From Terracidiphilus sp. (GTDB lineage Bacteria; Acidobacteriota; Terriglobia; Terriglobales; Acidobacteriaceae), in the NCBI GenBank assembly GCA_035546015.1, contig DASZXD010000042.1, forward strand, positions 26,310 through 90,309: a stretch of 64,000 nucleotides of DNA. Direction: 5' to 3'. A program made the translations under genes and the position numbers. The notes beneath the pieces were generated by a model that ran no database searches, had not been told where the DNA came from, and saw only the letters and a list, made by a program, of their open reading frames with translations. Below, one piece after another: positions 19,521 through 29,595 of this stretch. Numbering within the stretch: position 1 is the first letter of the stretch; each line of letters starts with the position of its first letter.

Positions 19521-20405
19521 TCATTCCGAAAGACGAAGTGTGCTGATCAATGCAGCAAGAGCGGCGGGCTGATTCCGACGGCTTGGGTAATAAAGGAAGT
19601 AGCCAGGAAATGTTGGACACCAGTCTTTGAGAACCTGGATTAAGCGCCCCTTGGCAATCAACCCAGCAAGAGACTTTTCCATTGCCGTTCCGATTCCGAC
19701 ACCGTTCAATACAGCCTGAATCACTAAATCCGGGTCATCGAATGTTGCAGGCCCCTGTGGATTGACGGTCATTGCCCTGCGGCCTTTCTCGAACTCCCAT
19801 CTGTAGATGCCGTTGCTGAACCGAAACCCGATACAGGCATGATCTTTCAGATCGCGAGGCGTTCGTGGAATCTTGTGCGACCTGAAGTAATCGGGTGAGC
19901 CGACAACTGCAAGCTGCATATCCTTGCTGACTCGAACTGCAATCATGTCGCGCTGAATGAATTCACCGATCTGAACGCCGGCATCATAGTTCCCCGCGAC
20001 AAGATCAACAGGGTCGTTCGATGAGGTAACCTCCAGAACGATCTCCGGGTAGGCGCGCGCGAAGTGTGCCAGTTTCGGCAGCAAGATCAGATAAGTAGCG
20101 GTTCGTGGAATGATCAGCCGAATGCGGCCCGCCGGGCGCTCCCTCCGCTTTTGTGCTTCAGCAAGCGACCACTCGATTCGTTCCAGAGCAGGCATCAGGT
20201 CTTCGAGCAGCGCACTGCCTACTGCGGTAGGTGAAACACTTCGCGTTGTCCGGGCAAGCAGTTGCAGGCCCAGCCGCTTCTCCAACCCTCGAACGGTATG
20301 GCTTAGAGCAGACTGTGAAACACCAAGCCGTGCGGCTGCACGGGTAAAACTTTTCTCTTCGGCAACAGCAGCGAATACGGCAAGTTCACCAAGATCGTTT
20401 CTCAT
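19521..20405 (-). CDS. LysR-family transcriptional regulator
   Basis: The N-terminal HTH is FAAVAEEKSFTRAAARLGVSQSALSHTVRGLEKRLG, followed by a LysR substrate-binding domain. The gene is divergent from the aldo/keto reductase. Confidence 0.9.
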   Translation of the reverse strand: MRNDLGELAVFAAVAEEKSFTRAAARLGVSQSALSHTVRGLEKRLGLQLLARTTRSVSPTAVGSALLEDLMPALERIEWSLAEAQKRRERPAGRIRLIIPRTATYLILLPKLAHFARAYPEIVLEVTSSNDPVDLVAGNYDAGVQIGEFIQRDMIAVRVSKDMQLAVVGSPDYFRSHKIPRTPRDLKDHACIGFRFSNGIYRWEFEKGRRAMTVNPQGPATFDDPDLVIQAVLNGVGIGTAMEKSLAGLIAKGRLIQVLKDWCPTFPGYFLYYPSRRNQPAALAALISTLRLSE

Positions 20406-20410
20406 GATTA

Positions 20411-20425
20411 ATGAATTCTATTCAT
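20411..20425. promoter_or_regulatory. Candidate LysR box (T-N11-A within ATGAA-N5-TTCAT dyad)
   Basis: ATGAATTCTATTCAT is a dyad lying 6 nt upstream of the LysR start codon, in the LysR/AKR divergent intergenic region. Confidence 0.4.
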
Positions 20426-20451
20426 GAAAGCATGCAATGCCAACCATCTAG

Positions 20452-21594
<1,143 letters not shown>

Positions 21595-21616
21595 ACCTGG
21601 TATAGAGCAGGCGTGC

Positions 21617-21654
21617 TGCGCGCCCGGGACGCTTTTGAATGATCCGGGCGCGCA
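21617..21654. terminator. GC-rich hairpin between convergent AKR and GloVer-repeat genes
   Basis: Perfect 11-bp arms, TGCGCGCCCGG (21617-21627) and CCGGGCGCGCA (21644-21654), flank a 16-nt loop. There is no strong U-tract. Confidence 0.45.
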
Positions 21655-21666
21655 ATTGTGTGCGGA

Positions 21667-23295
21667 TTAGTGAAGAGGTATGCAAAGAATCGTGCAGGTG
21701 GTACTGATCGTGAAGTTATAGAGCGTAGACAGATTACCAGTAGTCTCCTGAACAACGACCGGTCCTGTTTTGGCTCCCGCTGGGACTGTGACCGTCATGT
21801 AATTGTCGCTCCAGATAATGACTTTGAACTTGACCCATGGCGCAGCTGTTCCACCGAACGTAATCCCGGTTGCATTCAGGAACCCCTGCCCAATAATCCC
21901 AATCTGGTCGCCGACCTTGGCGGAGCGCCGGCCGATAATCGAGATGAACGGACTGAGCCCTGCGTTGTAGCTGAAAAACTCGCCGGCATCGTCATAGGCT
22001 CCCTGGCCGGTATACACCCCCGCCGAGTTGTATCCATAGGTAGTGCTGAACCCGCCAACGCGAGTCAGTCCATAGATAGTGCCGTTGGTGTGCAGTGTGG
22101 GCGTCGATTCCGGATCAACACCCGGCCCCAGGTTGAATGGACTGGATATGCCGAAAAACGGGACCAGTACAGTTAAGTTTGTTCCCGCCGTTGAGACTTT
22201 GAACAGGGTGCCGCCAGAAGAAGTCTTGTATTGCGTTTGAGACCCAAGCGGGTTTGGCGGACCCTGTTTGGTCGTAAGCCCGTAAAGATATCCGTCGCTG
22301 CCCTGTACCAGTCCTCCGTGCGGGGCTGTCCCTTCGGCAGATTGGAAGTTGTGGATGACGGTGTATCCAGTACCGTTGATTGCGATCTTGAAGATCACGC
22401 CACCCGCGGTAGCATTGGTGCCGCCGCCACTGGCAGTGCCATAGAGATAGCCGTCGGCAGCCTGCATCACGCCTCCCTGTGGGTTGCTGCCATCGCCGCT
22501 GGAGCTGTTGTTCGACGAAAACGGGTTCAGGTTGTAATACCACTTGATATTACCCGCAGGCGTGATCTGGAAGACGCCCCCATAACCGTTCGGGCTGGGA
22601 ACCACAACGCCTGAGCTATTGGTTGAGAAGCTGCCGTTCGAGTAGGTGCCATAGAAGTTGCCGTCGCTGCCCACCATGAGAGGTGCAAGAGAGCCCGAAG
22701 GCAACTGATGAACCCATCCAAGCATGCCCGTGCCAGTGGTTGTGTTCATCACGATCTGGTAGACGTAGCCGCTGTTGCCATAATCGCTGGTTACGCCATA
22801 GAGATTCATATCGGTGCCCTGAATGGGAGGCGCTTTGGGAAATGTGCCGTTGGTGCCGCCCGTGAACTGGTACACGATACTTGGCGTGCCTCCCGTTGAC
22901 ACCAATCTGATCACGGCACCGAGGTCGAGTCCGTTCACATGGGATACGGCGCCATAAAGATTGCCGTCGAGCCCAAGCATGAACCCGCTCTCTGCATCGG
23001 ACAATCCCGTGTTCGTGTTTACATGAACTCCGTCACCGCCGAAGTTGGTCAGCAATGGCAAACCGCTCATGTTGTACTGCAGCCACGATCCGGCATTGCC
23101 AGTGCCGCCCTGTGGCAGGGTTCCATGAAGGTATCCATCCGTGCCCTGCGCAAGGATTGCCGGTTGACTAGGGACGTCGCCTTCCACGTTACCGTTGAAT
23201 GTGTAGATGCCGTTGTACTGTGCCCGCGCCAGCGCCGGCAACGCGCTCAGCAGCAGGACGGGGATCAGGGAGCGATACAGTTTACGGTTGTTCAT
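21667..23295 (-). CDS. Secreted GloVer-type tandem-repeat protein with a C-terminal IPT/TIG-like domain
   Basis: The signal peptide is MNNRKLYRSLIPVLLLSALPALARAQ. Blocks of the form G(S/T/L/A)DG(Y/N)(L/F)YG(T/L/A) recur at least six times (GTDGYLHGT, GLDGNLYGA, GTDMNLYGV, GSDGNFYGT, AADGYLYGT, GSDGYLYGL). The C-terminal segment, VGDQIGIIGQGFLNATGITFGGTAA...VTVPAGAKTGPVVV, resembles an IPT/TIG fold. An AAGGAG ribosome-binding site is present. Confidence 0.7.
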   Translation of the reverse strand: MNNRKLYRSLIPVLLLSALPALARAQYNGIYTFNGNVEGDVPSQPAILAQGTDGYLHGTLPQGGTGNAGSWLQYNMSGLPLLTNFGGDGVHVNTNTGLSDAESGFMLGLDGNLYGAVSHVNGLDLGAVIRLVSTGGTPSIVYQFTGGTNGTFPKAPPIQGTDMNLYGVTSDYGNSGYVYQIVMNTTTGTGMLGWVHQLPSGSLAPLMVGSDGNFYGTYSNGSFSTNSSGVVVPSPNGYGGVFQITPAGNIKWYYNLNPFSSNNSSSGDGSNPQGGVMQAADGYLYGTASGGGTNATAGGVIFKIAINGTGYTVIHNFQSAEGTAPHGGLVQGSDGYLYGLTTKQGPPNPLGSQTQYKTSSGGTLFKVSTAGTNLTVLVPFFGISSPFNLGPGVDPESTPTLHTNGTIYGLTRVGGFSTTYGYNSAGVYTGQGAYDDAGEFFSYNAGLSPFISIIGRRSAKVGDQIGIIGQGFLNATGITFGGTAAPWVKFKVIIWSDNYMTVTVPAGAKTGPVVVQETTGNLSTLYNFTISTTCTILCIPLH

Positions 23296-23534
23296 AGCTT
23301 TTCTCCTTTAGCGTTACGAATCTCCGCGGAGAGGAGCGCGACCACCGGCGCTGAATCAGAATCTGGGCCGTGCGCTTACCCGTCGGGGAAATCAGGGCAA
23401 CCAGACCAGCATTTCCACGGCAGGCCTGTCGTCCCATCTATCAGCTACTGCGAAAACCAGTCGCCGATTTGGCTCATGAAGAGGAAAATTATTTTCTGGT
23501 GCCTGCAGAACTCTTCTTAATCCCGGGAATTTCC

Positions 23535-23563
23535 TTGACTAAGCCCTGGAGCGTGAGTATTCT
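23535..23563 (+). promoter_or_regulatory. Candidate sigma70-type promoter for the ECF sigma/kinase operon
   Basis: TTGACT (23535-23540), a 17-nt spacer, then TATTCT (23558-23563). It lies about 50 nt upstream of the TTG start at 23613. Confidence 0.3.
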
Positions 23564-23612
23564 GCCCACAATTCGGAGTTGACTTCGGGATGCCGTAACC
23601 GGAGCCGGTCCT

Positions 23613-24197
23613 TTGCACGACCCCACCGCGACCCCGGTTACTGTGCTGCTCGGCCGATGGCGTTCCGGCGACAATGAGGCGCTGCAGGCGCTAATTCCGC
23701 TCGTCTACGATGAAATGCGCCGCCTGGCGCATCGCTATCTTCGCCGCGAGCGGCCTGGCCACACCCTTCAGAGCACTGCGCTCGTCCATGAGGCCTTTGT
23801 GCGGCTCACGGGCAATACGCCGCCACAATGGGAAGACCGTGCACACTTCTTCGGGATTACAGCGCATCTGATGCGGCAGATTTTGGTCGAATATGCACGA
23901 AACCGTAATGCGGGCAAACGAGGTGGCGCGGCTGTGAAGCTGTCAATCGACAGTGTGGAGGAATGCGCGATAAAGCCCGATCTGGACATTGTGGCTCTTG
24001 ACGATGCTCTCAAGGATCTCGCCAAGATTGATCCACAGCAGAGCCGCGTAGTGGAGTTACGATTCTTCTCGGGCTTGTCCATCGAAGACACTGCCGAAGT
24101 GATGGGAATTTCGGTATCGACTGTGAAACGCGACTGGAATACGGCCAGAGTATGGTTGTTTCGCGAACTGGATCGGACGGCCACACATGAAGCCTGA
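23613..24197 (+). CDS. ECF (sigma-70 family) RNA polymerase sigma factor of the type paired with Ser/Thr kinases
   Basis: TVLLGRWRSGDNEALQALIPLVYDEMRRLAHRYLRRERPGHTLQSTALVHEAFVRL is the characteristic N-terminus of this ECF clade. The region 4 HTH is LSIEDTAEVMGISVSTVKRDW. The start codon is TTG. Confidence 0.9.
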   Translation: MHDPTATPVTVLLGRWRSGDNEALQALIPLVYDEMRRLAHRYLRRERPGHTLQSTALVHEAFVRLTGNTPPQWEDRAHFFGITAHLMRQILVEYARNRNAGKRGGAAVKLSIDSVEECAIKPDLDIVALDDALKDLAKIDPQQSRVVELRFFSGLSIEDTAEVMGISVSTVKRDWNTARVWLFRELDRTATHEA

Positions 24198-27048
24198 ACG
24201 CTGGAAACAGATTCGCGCCGTTTTCGAAGAGGCTGAACTGCTTACGCTGGCAGAGCGGGCACAATATCTCGATCGTGCGTGCGCGGGAGATTCGGAACTG
24301 CGCATTGAGGTGGAATCGCTGCTGCACGCACAGTCGCAGGCCGGAAGTGAATTTATGGGCCGCCCAGTCGCCGACCTGGTGAGCGCCACAGACAACGAGA
24401 CACTAATCTCTTCGCGGATCGGGCGCACGCTCGGACCCTATCAGATTGTCGCGGAGATCGGTCATGGCGGCATGGGCGAGGTCTACCGCGCCGTTCGTAT
24501 CGATGGACAGTTCGAACAACAGGTGGCCATCAAGCTCGTGCGCGTAGGCCTGGGATCGCCATTCATCGTGCAGCGTTTTCTGCATGAACGGCAGATCTTG
24601 GCGACGCTGAACCACCCCAATATCGCGCGTCTTCTGGACGGTGGCACAACCGAAGATGGCGTGCCATATCTGGTTATGGAGTTGATTGAAGGCGATCGCA
24701 TCGATGTGTACTGCCAGACACACAGGCTTTCGGTCACGGAGCGCTTGCAGCTCTTCTTGCAGGTGTGCGCAGCCGTCGAGTATGCGCATCAGCGTCTGGT
24801 GGTGCATCGCGACCTTAAGCCGGGAAATATTCTCGTCACCAAAGACGGAACACCCGAACTGCTGGACTTCGGGATCGCGAAGATTCTCGATACCTCAGGC
24901 GATTCTGAAACCACGATGGCGCGTCCGATGACGCCCGAATACGCCAGCCCTGAGCAGATTCGCGGAGACCCCATCACGACGGCTACGGATGTGTATTCTC
25001 TGGGCGTGGTTCTTTACCACTTGCTGACCGGACGATCTCCGTATCTCGTCTCAGCCAGAATCCCTTCACGTCTTTCCCATGCCATTATCGAGACGGAGCC
25101 GCAGCGACCCAGCAGCGCCGTAACAACCTCAATGCGCGCCAAAGAAGATGAGGCTGCACCCCCCGTGCACACAGAGACAGTGTTGAGCGAGAGGGAGCCG
25201 ACCCCTGCCTTGCTCCGGCGGCGCCTGTCCGGTGACCTTGACAGTATTCTCCTTATGGCCTTGCGCAAAGAGCCGGAACTGCGCTACGGATCGGTACAGC
25301 AGTTCGCAGCGGATATCACGCGTCACCTGAATGGCCTCACGGTTACAGCGAGCAGGGGCTCCTGGAGCTACACCGCCGGCAAGTTTGTTGCTCGTCATCG
25401 CACGGCGGTATTCGCTGCTTCCCTGGTGATGGTCGCGCTGGTGGCTGGAATCGCTGCAACTGAGCATCAGGCCCGCATCGCGCGCATGGAACGAGCAAAA
25501 GCACAAAAACGCTTCGATGATGTTCGCCAGTTCTCTAATTCGCTCATCTTTGATATTCACGATACTCTCGAGGACATACCAGGAACCACAGCGGCACGCA
25601 ATCTTCTCCTCAATCGCGCCGTGCAATATCTGGATCGTGTGGCAAAAGATGCAGACGGCGACCCGGATCTGCAGCGGGAACTGGCCCTGGGGTATCAGCG
25701 GCTGGCTACGGTGCAGGGTGACGCGACTGTCTCGAATCTGGGTCAGGTGAGCGCCTCGGAAGCAAGTTCGCAAAAGGCGACTGCACTATTTGAAGCGGTC
25801 GCAAGAGCGAATCCTACGAATACAACCGATCAGCTCAATGTGGCTATGATTCATCGCCGCAAGGCTATATCCGATGTGTATTACCCGGATGGACGGCCTG
25901 AAATCGAGAGAGCTCTGGCGATTACCGATCCCTTGATGAAAACAGACGGGAAGAATCCTAAGGTGCTGATCGAGAGAGCCATCGAATTGCAGGTACTTGC
26001 AACCTCTTTTGACCTCTCGGGAGAACGTGAACAGTCGGCTGACTTATTTCGCCAGAGCCTGGAACTGGTCCAGGCAGTCGCACAGTTAGATCCGGGATAC
26101 AGCAATATCCAGGAAAGAATTGCCAAGACATACGTGCTGCTCGGGTTTCAACTCGCGCATACACAGGCTCTCGATGAGAGCCAGAAACAGATCGAGGCCG
26201 GCATTGCGGGGTACGCCGCCTTAATTCAAAACGGTGGACGTCCAGACACAGCACGCGACCTTGCTCAATCGAGGCTTCGTCTTGGGTTTGTTCAGGCGAT
26301 GCGCGGCGACTTGGATGGCGCGAGCAGGAACTATTATCTGGCGCGCGATGCTATGGTTCCGCTTGCCAAGGCGGACCCGCACAACATCATGTTTCGAGTG
26401 GACCTTTTGAGTGCCGATTTCGAACTGGCGCGGCTCCTCGTTCTCAGGGGACGGTTTCGCGATGCAGAAACCGCTCTCAGCAACAATATCACCGCATTTG
26501 AAGACATGAACTCGGAAGAAGACGTCGGACCTGGAATGGGCGTGCTTCATGCATGGCTTGGAGAAGCGCAGCTCGAATCAGGCGAGTTCGATCAGGCTGC
26601 GAAATCGTTCAAGAAATCTGCTGACGAACTCGAAGGCGATGTTCAGTATGATGATGGCCGGTGCGGTATCGTCACAGATTACGTGAAAATAGGCGATGCT
26701 CTTTTTAAAGAGCGGCACTTTTCCGAGGCTGAATCGGCTTATCAAGCAGCACTTTCAAAATCCGATATGAGTTTTGCGAAGCAGCACTCAGATCTGCCCG
26801 CTCTACTCCCGATCTCAGCCGCCCACTTTGGTCTTGGCGATCTGCATTTTGTGGCTGCATCCCTGGAACGGAATCCGGTGAAACAAGAGCATCTGCACGG
26901 TGAAGCGTGTGACGAATACTTCGCTGGTCAAGAGATCAGCAATACTGCTATTGCTCCGCCTCTAGCGCTCAGTTCCAGCAATTTCCCAGCTTTCCATCTG
27001 AAAGCTACTGCTACTGCGCAGGCGTGCAGCCCGTCTTCGCTACGCTGA
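24187..27048 (+). CDS. Membrane-spanning Ser/Thr protein kinase with a large C-terminal TPR-like domain
   Basis: Hanks kinase motifs are GHGGMGEVY, VAIK, HRDLKPGNIL, DFGIAK and PEYASPEQ. A single TM segment is VFAASLVMVALVAGIAA. The C-terminus is long and helical-repeat in character. The gene overlaps the sigma factor gene by 11 nt. Confidence 0.9.
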   Translation: MKPERWKQIRAVFEEAELLTLAERAQYLDRACAGDSELRIEVESLLHAQSQAGSEFMGRPVADLVSATDNETLISSRIGRTLGPYQIVAEIGHGGMGEVYRAVRIDGQFEQQVAIKLVRVGLGSPFIVQRFLHERQILATLNHPNIARLLDGGTTEDGVPYLVMELIEGDRIDVYCQTHRLSVTERLQLFLQVCAAVEYAHQRLVVHRDLKPGNILVTKDGTPELLDFGIAKILDTSGDSETTMARPMTPEYASPEQIRGDPITTATDVYSLGVVLYHLLTGRSPYLVSARIPSRLSHAIIETEPQRPSSAVTTSMRAKEDEAAPPVHTETVLSEREPTPALLRRRLSGDLDSILLMALRKEPELRYGSVQQFAADITRHLNGLTVTASRGSWSYTAGKFVARHRTAVFAASLVMVALVAGIAATEHQARIARMERAKAQKRFDDVRQFSNSLIFDIHDTLEDIPGTTAARNLLLNRAVQYLDRVAKDADGDPDLQRELALGYQRLATVQGDATVSNLGQVSASEASSQKATALFEAVARANPTNTTDQLNVAMIHRRKAISDVYYPDGRPEIERALAITDPLMKTDGKNPKVLIERAIELQVLATSFDLSGEREQSADLFRQSLELVQAVAQLDPGYSNIQERIAKTYVLLGFQLAHTQALDESQKQIEAGIAGYAALIQNGGRPDTARDLAQSRLRLGFVQAMRGDLDGASRNYYLARDAMVPLAKADPHNIMFRVDLLSADFELARLLVLRGRFRDAETALSNNITAFEDMNSEEDVGPGMGVLHAWLGEAQLESGEFDQAAKSFKKSADELEGDVQYDDGRCGIVTDYVKIGDALFKERHFSEAESAYQAALSKSDMSFAKQHSDLPALLPISAAHFGLGDLHFVAASLERNPVKQEHLHGEACDEYFAGQEISNTAIAPPLALSSSNFPAFHLKATATAQACSPSSLR

Positions 27049-27188
27049 GCCTCCAACTCCTCCAAACGCTGGCTCGGCATAATTGAGATCACATTTTCGT
27101 TGATCACTAACGCTGCATTGCAGCAAAGACGCAGACAATTAGTGGTCCTGCTGTCGAAACCCAATCAATTCCAAAAAGACAAGCATAC

Positions 27189-29282
27189 TTACATATTCTT
27201 TCGTGAACCTTTTTGCACGCCCATGTGCGATGGCAATACTATTCGCACCCTCGGCCTGGGACGTGGCGGACCTGGTATGGGAGTTGGCTTGGCCGGAAAC
27301 GAGGGCATACCGAAAGTGGGAAACAGATCCGTCGAGCCCCAGTTCTGCTCTGAGGCGGCAACCAGCAGATCGTCGCCAAACTGGAACCATGCTGGGCCGG
27401 ACGGCGTCATTCCGTTCCAGCAAATCACCGTTGCGATGCCATTGATCTCAAACTGTATGCCGTTCTGGCTGGTTGACAGACTTCCGCCCTTTTCTCCGAA
27501 AAACTCGTTCGTGGTTGTGTCCAATTGCACACTGTCAAAACCATGAAAACCATGCACTTCGTTGGGATCGGGTCCGGTGAGTGTCGACGTAGCATTGGCT
27601 GCATTAGTGAGCCAGCCTTGCAGCGTATTGTTGCCCATCATCGGATTCATATAAGTAGAGCTCAGTGCAGCCACGACTCGCGCCACGTCAGTAGCCGCAG
27701 CAGAAAGTCCGCCGCCTCCGCCACAGTTCTCGAGGTTCCAGCCACCATAGCCCAGCGCGCACAAAGGCTGCCCCGTCACCATGACTGAAGGCTCGGTCGC
27801 AAGCGGTCGTGAATGATACCGCGCTTCGTCGGCGAGTTGCGCCGAAGTCACCGAAACCGCCGACCGGACGCGAGTAATATTCAGTCGGTTCAAAAAGGTC
27901 GAGAGCCCTTGCACATAACTCGATACACCACGCGTTCGTGCCACCACCAGCCCAAGCAGCATGTATCCTGCGTTGCTGTAGACTGCCTGCGTCTTGTCGC
28001 CGGGGTCGTTGGCCAGCTTCTGCCGGTACAGAAATTCAGCCATGGCCTGCGCGCTTATCGGAAGAGTGGAAGATACGGAAGGATCGCTGCCCAGGATGCT
28101 AGTGGTGACTCCGCTGGTCATTTCGAGCAGGTGACGCAGTGTGATGTGAAACCAGCGTGGATCGGGTGTGCCATTGGCGATGTTCGGCAGTGCGTCGATC
28201 AGAGCCGTATCCAGCGTGAGCAGAGTGTTGGTGCCCGGCAGCTTCGCACCCTCGTCAATTAACTGATAGAGCGCTGCCGCCGTGAAGAGCTTCGATACGC
28301 TCGCCTGCCTGAAAAAAGTGGTGGGCTGCACGTCCGGATAGCCCGGCTCCGCAAACGTGTATCCGCGCGTGTACACCAGCCGGGTTCCGCTCACAATTGC
28401 CAGCGACGCGCCACGGATCATGTTTGCCTTCATCACGGCCTCCATGGCTGCATCCACGGCTGGCACGGCCGCGGACCCACTCGGTCCGTTGATACGTAGC
28501 GTGCGTGCGTCGGCGTCTTCGCGCCCGGCAAAGATCACGCTGAAGCGCGCGTTGCTCCCCGTTCCTTTAGCACTGACGCGCACCGGGCGAAGTCCCTGCG
28601 GATAAAGCGTATTGAACTTTGCCTGATAGTCCGCGCTTGTCATGCCCGCCCAAGACTGCCAGTTGGGCATCTCGCTGTCATCGTAGAGTGCCAGATTCCC
28701 GCCCTTCGGCGTGGATACAGAGTGGACTGGCCTCGCAAACCCCGATACTAGCGCATTGAACCGCGCCTGCATCGTTGCATAAACGTCGTCAAAGCCGTCG
28801 CAGTTCCATGCACGATTGTCGGTGTTTGTTGTCCATATGCCGATGTAGCGTTCATTATTGGGATCGCCGTACACGTCAGCCCATCGCAGGATGAGGCTGC
28901 CTGCAATCTGCGTCTGGTTGAGTGAATTGAATTCAGCGCCAGTAATACCGAAGCGCGTGAACGGGATTGCGCTCACTGGAGCAAACACCGCAGCAAACAG
29001 CGGATTATTTGTTGGGCCTGTCCCACTGATAATGAGTGGGCCCCAGCCCTGGGCCGCCATCGTGTTGAACGTGGACTGCAGTGTGACACCGCTAAGGTTG
29101 AGGAACTCCTGTTCCGGCCCCTGTGTCGCGCGTTTCACCATAGCCGCCGCGTAGAGCGGAGCGCTCGGATCTCCATACACACACAGCGAAATTGTGCTAT
29201 ATCCCGCCGTGCGTGCATTGTTCATCTGTGTCTGGTGATCTGCGGTAGTGCGGTCGTGCCATGCCACTATATCTAGGGCCAT
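27189..29282 (-). CDS. Serine hydrolase of the class C beta-lactamase/PBP fold, fused to five N-terminal tandem repeats (polyglycine-hydrolase-like architecture)
   Basis: The SxxK motif is ASVSKLF, with a downstream YSNAGY (YxN) and a KGG box. The N-terminal ~260 aa contain about five ~45-aa repeats ending in an aromatic-rich block (LYAAAMV, LFAAVFA, RYIGIWT, NLALYDD, RFSVIFA). No signal peptide is evident (MALDIVAWHD...). An AGAAGGAC ribosome-binding site is present. Confidence 0.8.
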   Translation of the reverse strand: MALDIVAWHDRTTADHQTQMNNARTAGYSTISLCVYGDPSAPLYAAAMVKRATQGPEQEFLNLSGVTLQSTFNTMAAQGWGPLIISGTGPTNNPLFAAVFAPVSAIPFTRFGITGAEFNSLNQTQIAGSLILRWADVYGDPNNERYIGIWTTNTDNRAWNCDGFDDVYATMQARFNALVSGFARPVHSVSTPKGGNLALYDDSEMPNWQSWAGMTSADYQAKFNTLYPQGLRPVRVSAKGTGSNARFSVIFAGREDADARTLRINGPSGSAAVPAVDAAMEAVMKANMIRGASLAIVSGTRLVYTRGYTFAEPGYPDVQPTTFFRQASVSKLFTAAALYQLIDEGAKLPGTNTLLTLDTALIDALPNIANGTPDPRWFHITLRHLLEMTSGVTTSILGSDPSVSSTLPISAQAMAEFLYRQKLANDPGDKTQAVYSNAGYMLLGLVVARTRGVSSYVQGLSTFLNRLNITRVRSAVSVTSAQLADEARYHSRPLATEPSVMVTGQPLCALGYGGWNLENCGGGGGLSAAATDVARVVAALSSTYMNPMMGNNTLQGWLTNAANATSTLTGPDPNEVHGFHGFDSVQLDTTTNEFFGEKGGSLSTSQNGIQFEINGIATVICWNGMTPSGPAWFQFGDDLLVAASEQNWGSTDLFPTFGMPSFPAKPTPIPGPPRPRPRVRIVLPSHMGVQKGSRKNM

Positions 29283-29595
29283 TGGGTACCGTCCTTCTTA
29301 CAGCCCAGATTTTTGCTTCACCTTGAGAAGAGCCCGTCTGCACGCCTTGCCGTCTATCCTATGCGTGCTCGTGTTAAACCCGTCAAGCAAAAAATCGATT
29401 CAACCCAAATCCCGGTGTCGCAGAGGCTCGCAAACAACACGCTTATTGCCGGTCAGGGTGAGTAATTCCCTTAGAGCAGTGACCCTGCCGATAGAAGCGA
29501 GCATGAAGCAATTTGTTGACGGCATGCGTTTCCATCGACTAGCGTTTTCGTGAAGCACAGATTCTCTCTGACCAATCTCAGAATCGATCAATTCC

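Noticed and set aside
25129-25773. 214-aa minus-strand ORF inside the kinase gene
   Set aside because: It is antisense to the Ser/Thr kinase-TPR gene, and its composition does not look coding.
27049-27188. Possible terminator between the convergent kinase and serine-hydrolase genes
   Set aside because: Only 5-6-bp stems are present (GATCA..TGATC; GCTGCA..TGCAGC), the latter with only a 1-nt (too small) loop, and there is no U-tract.
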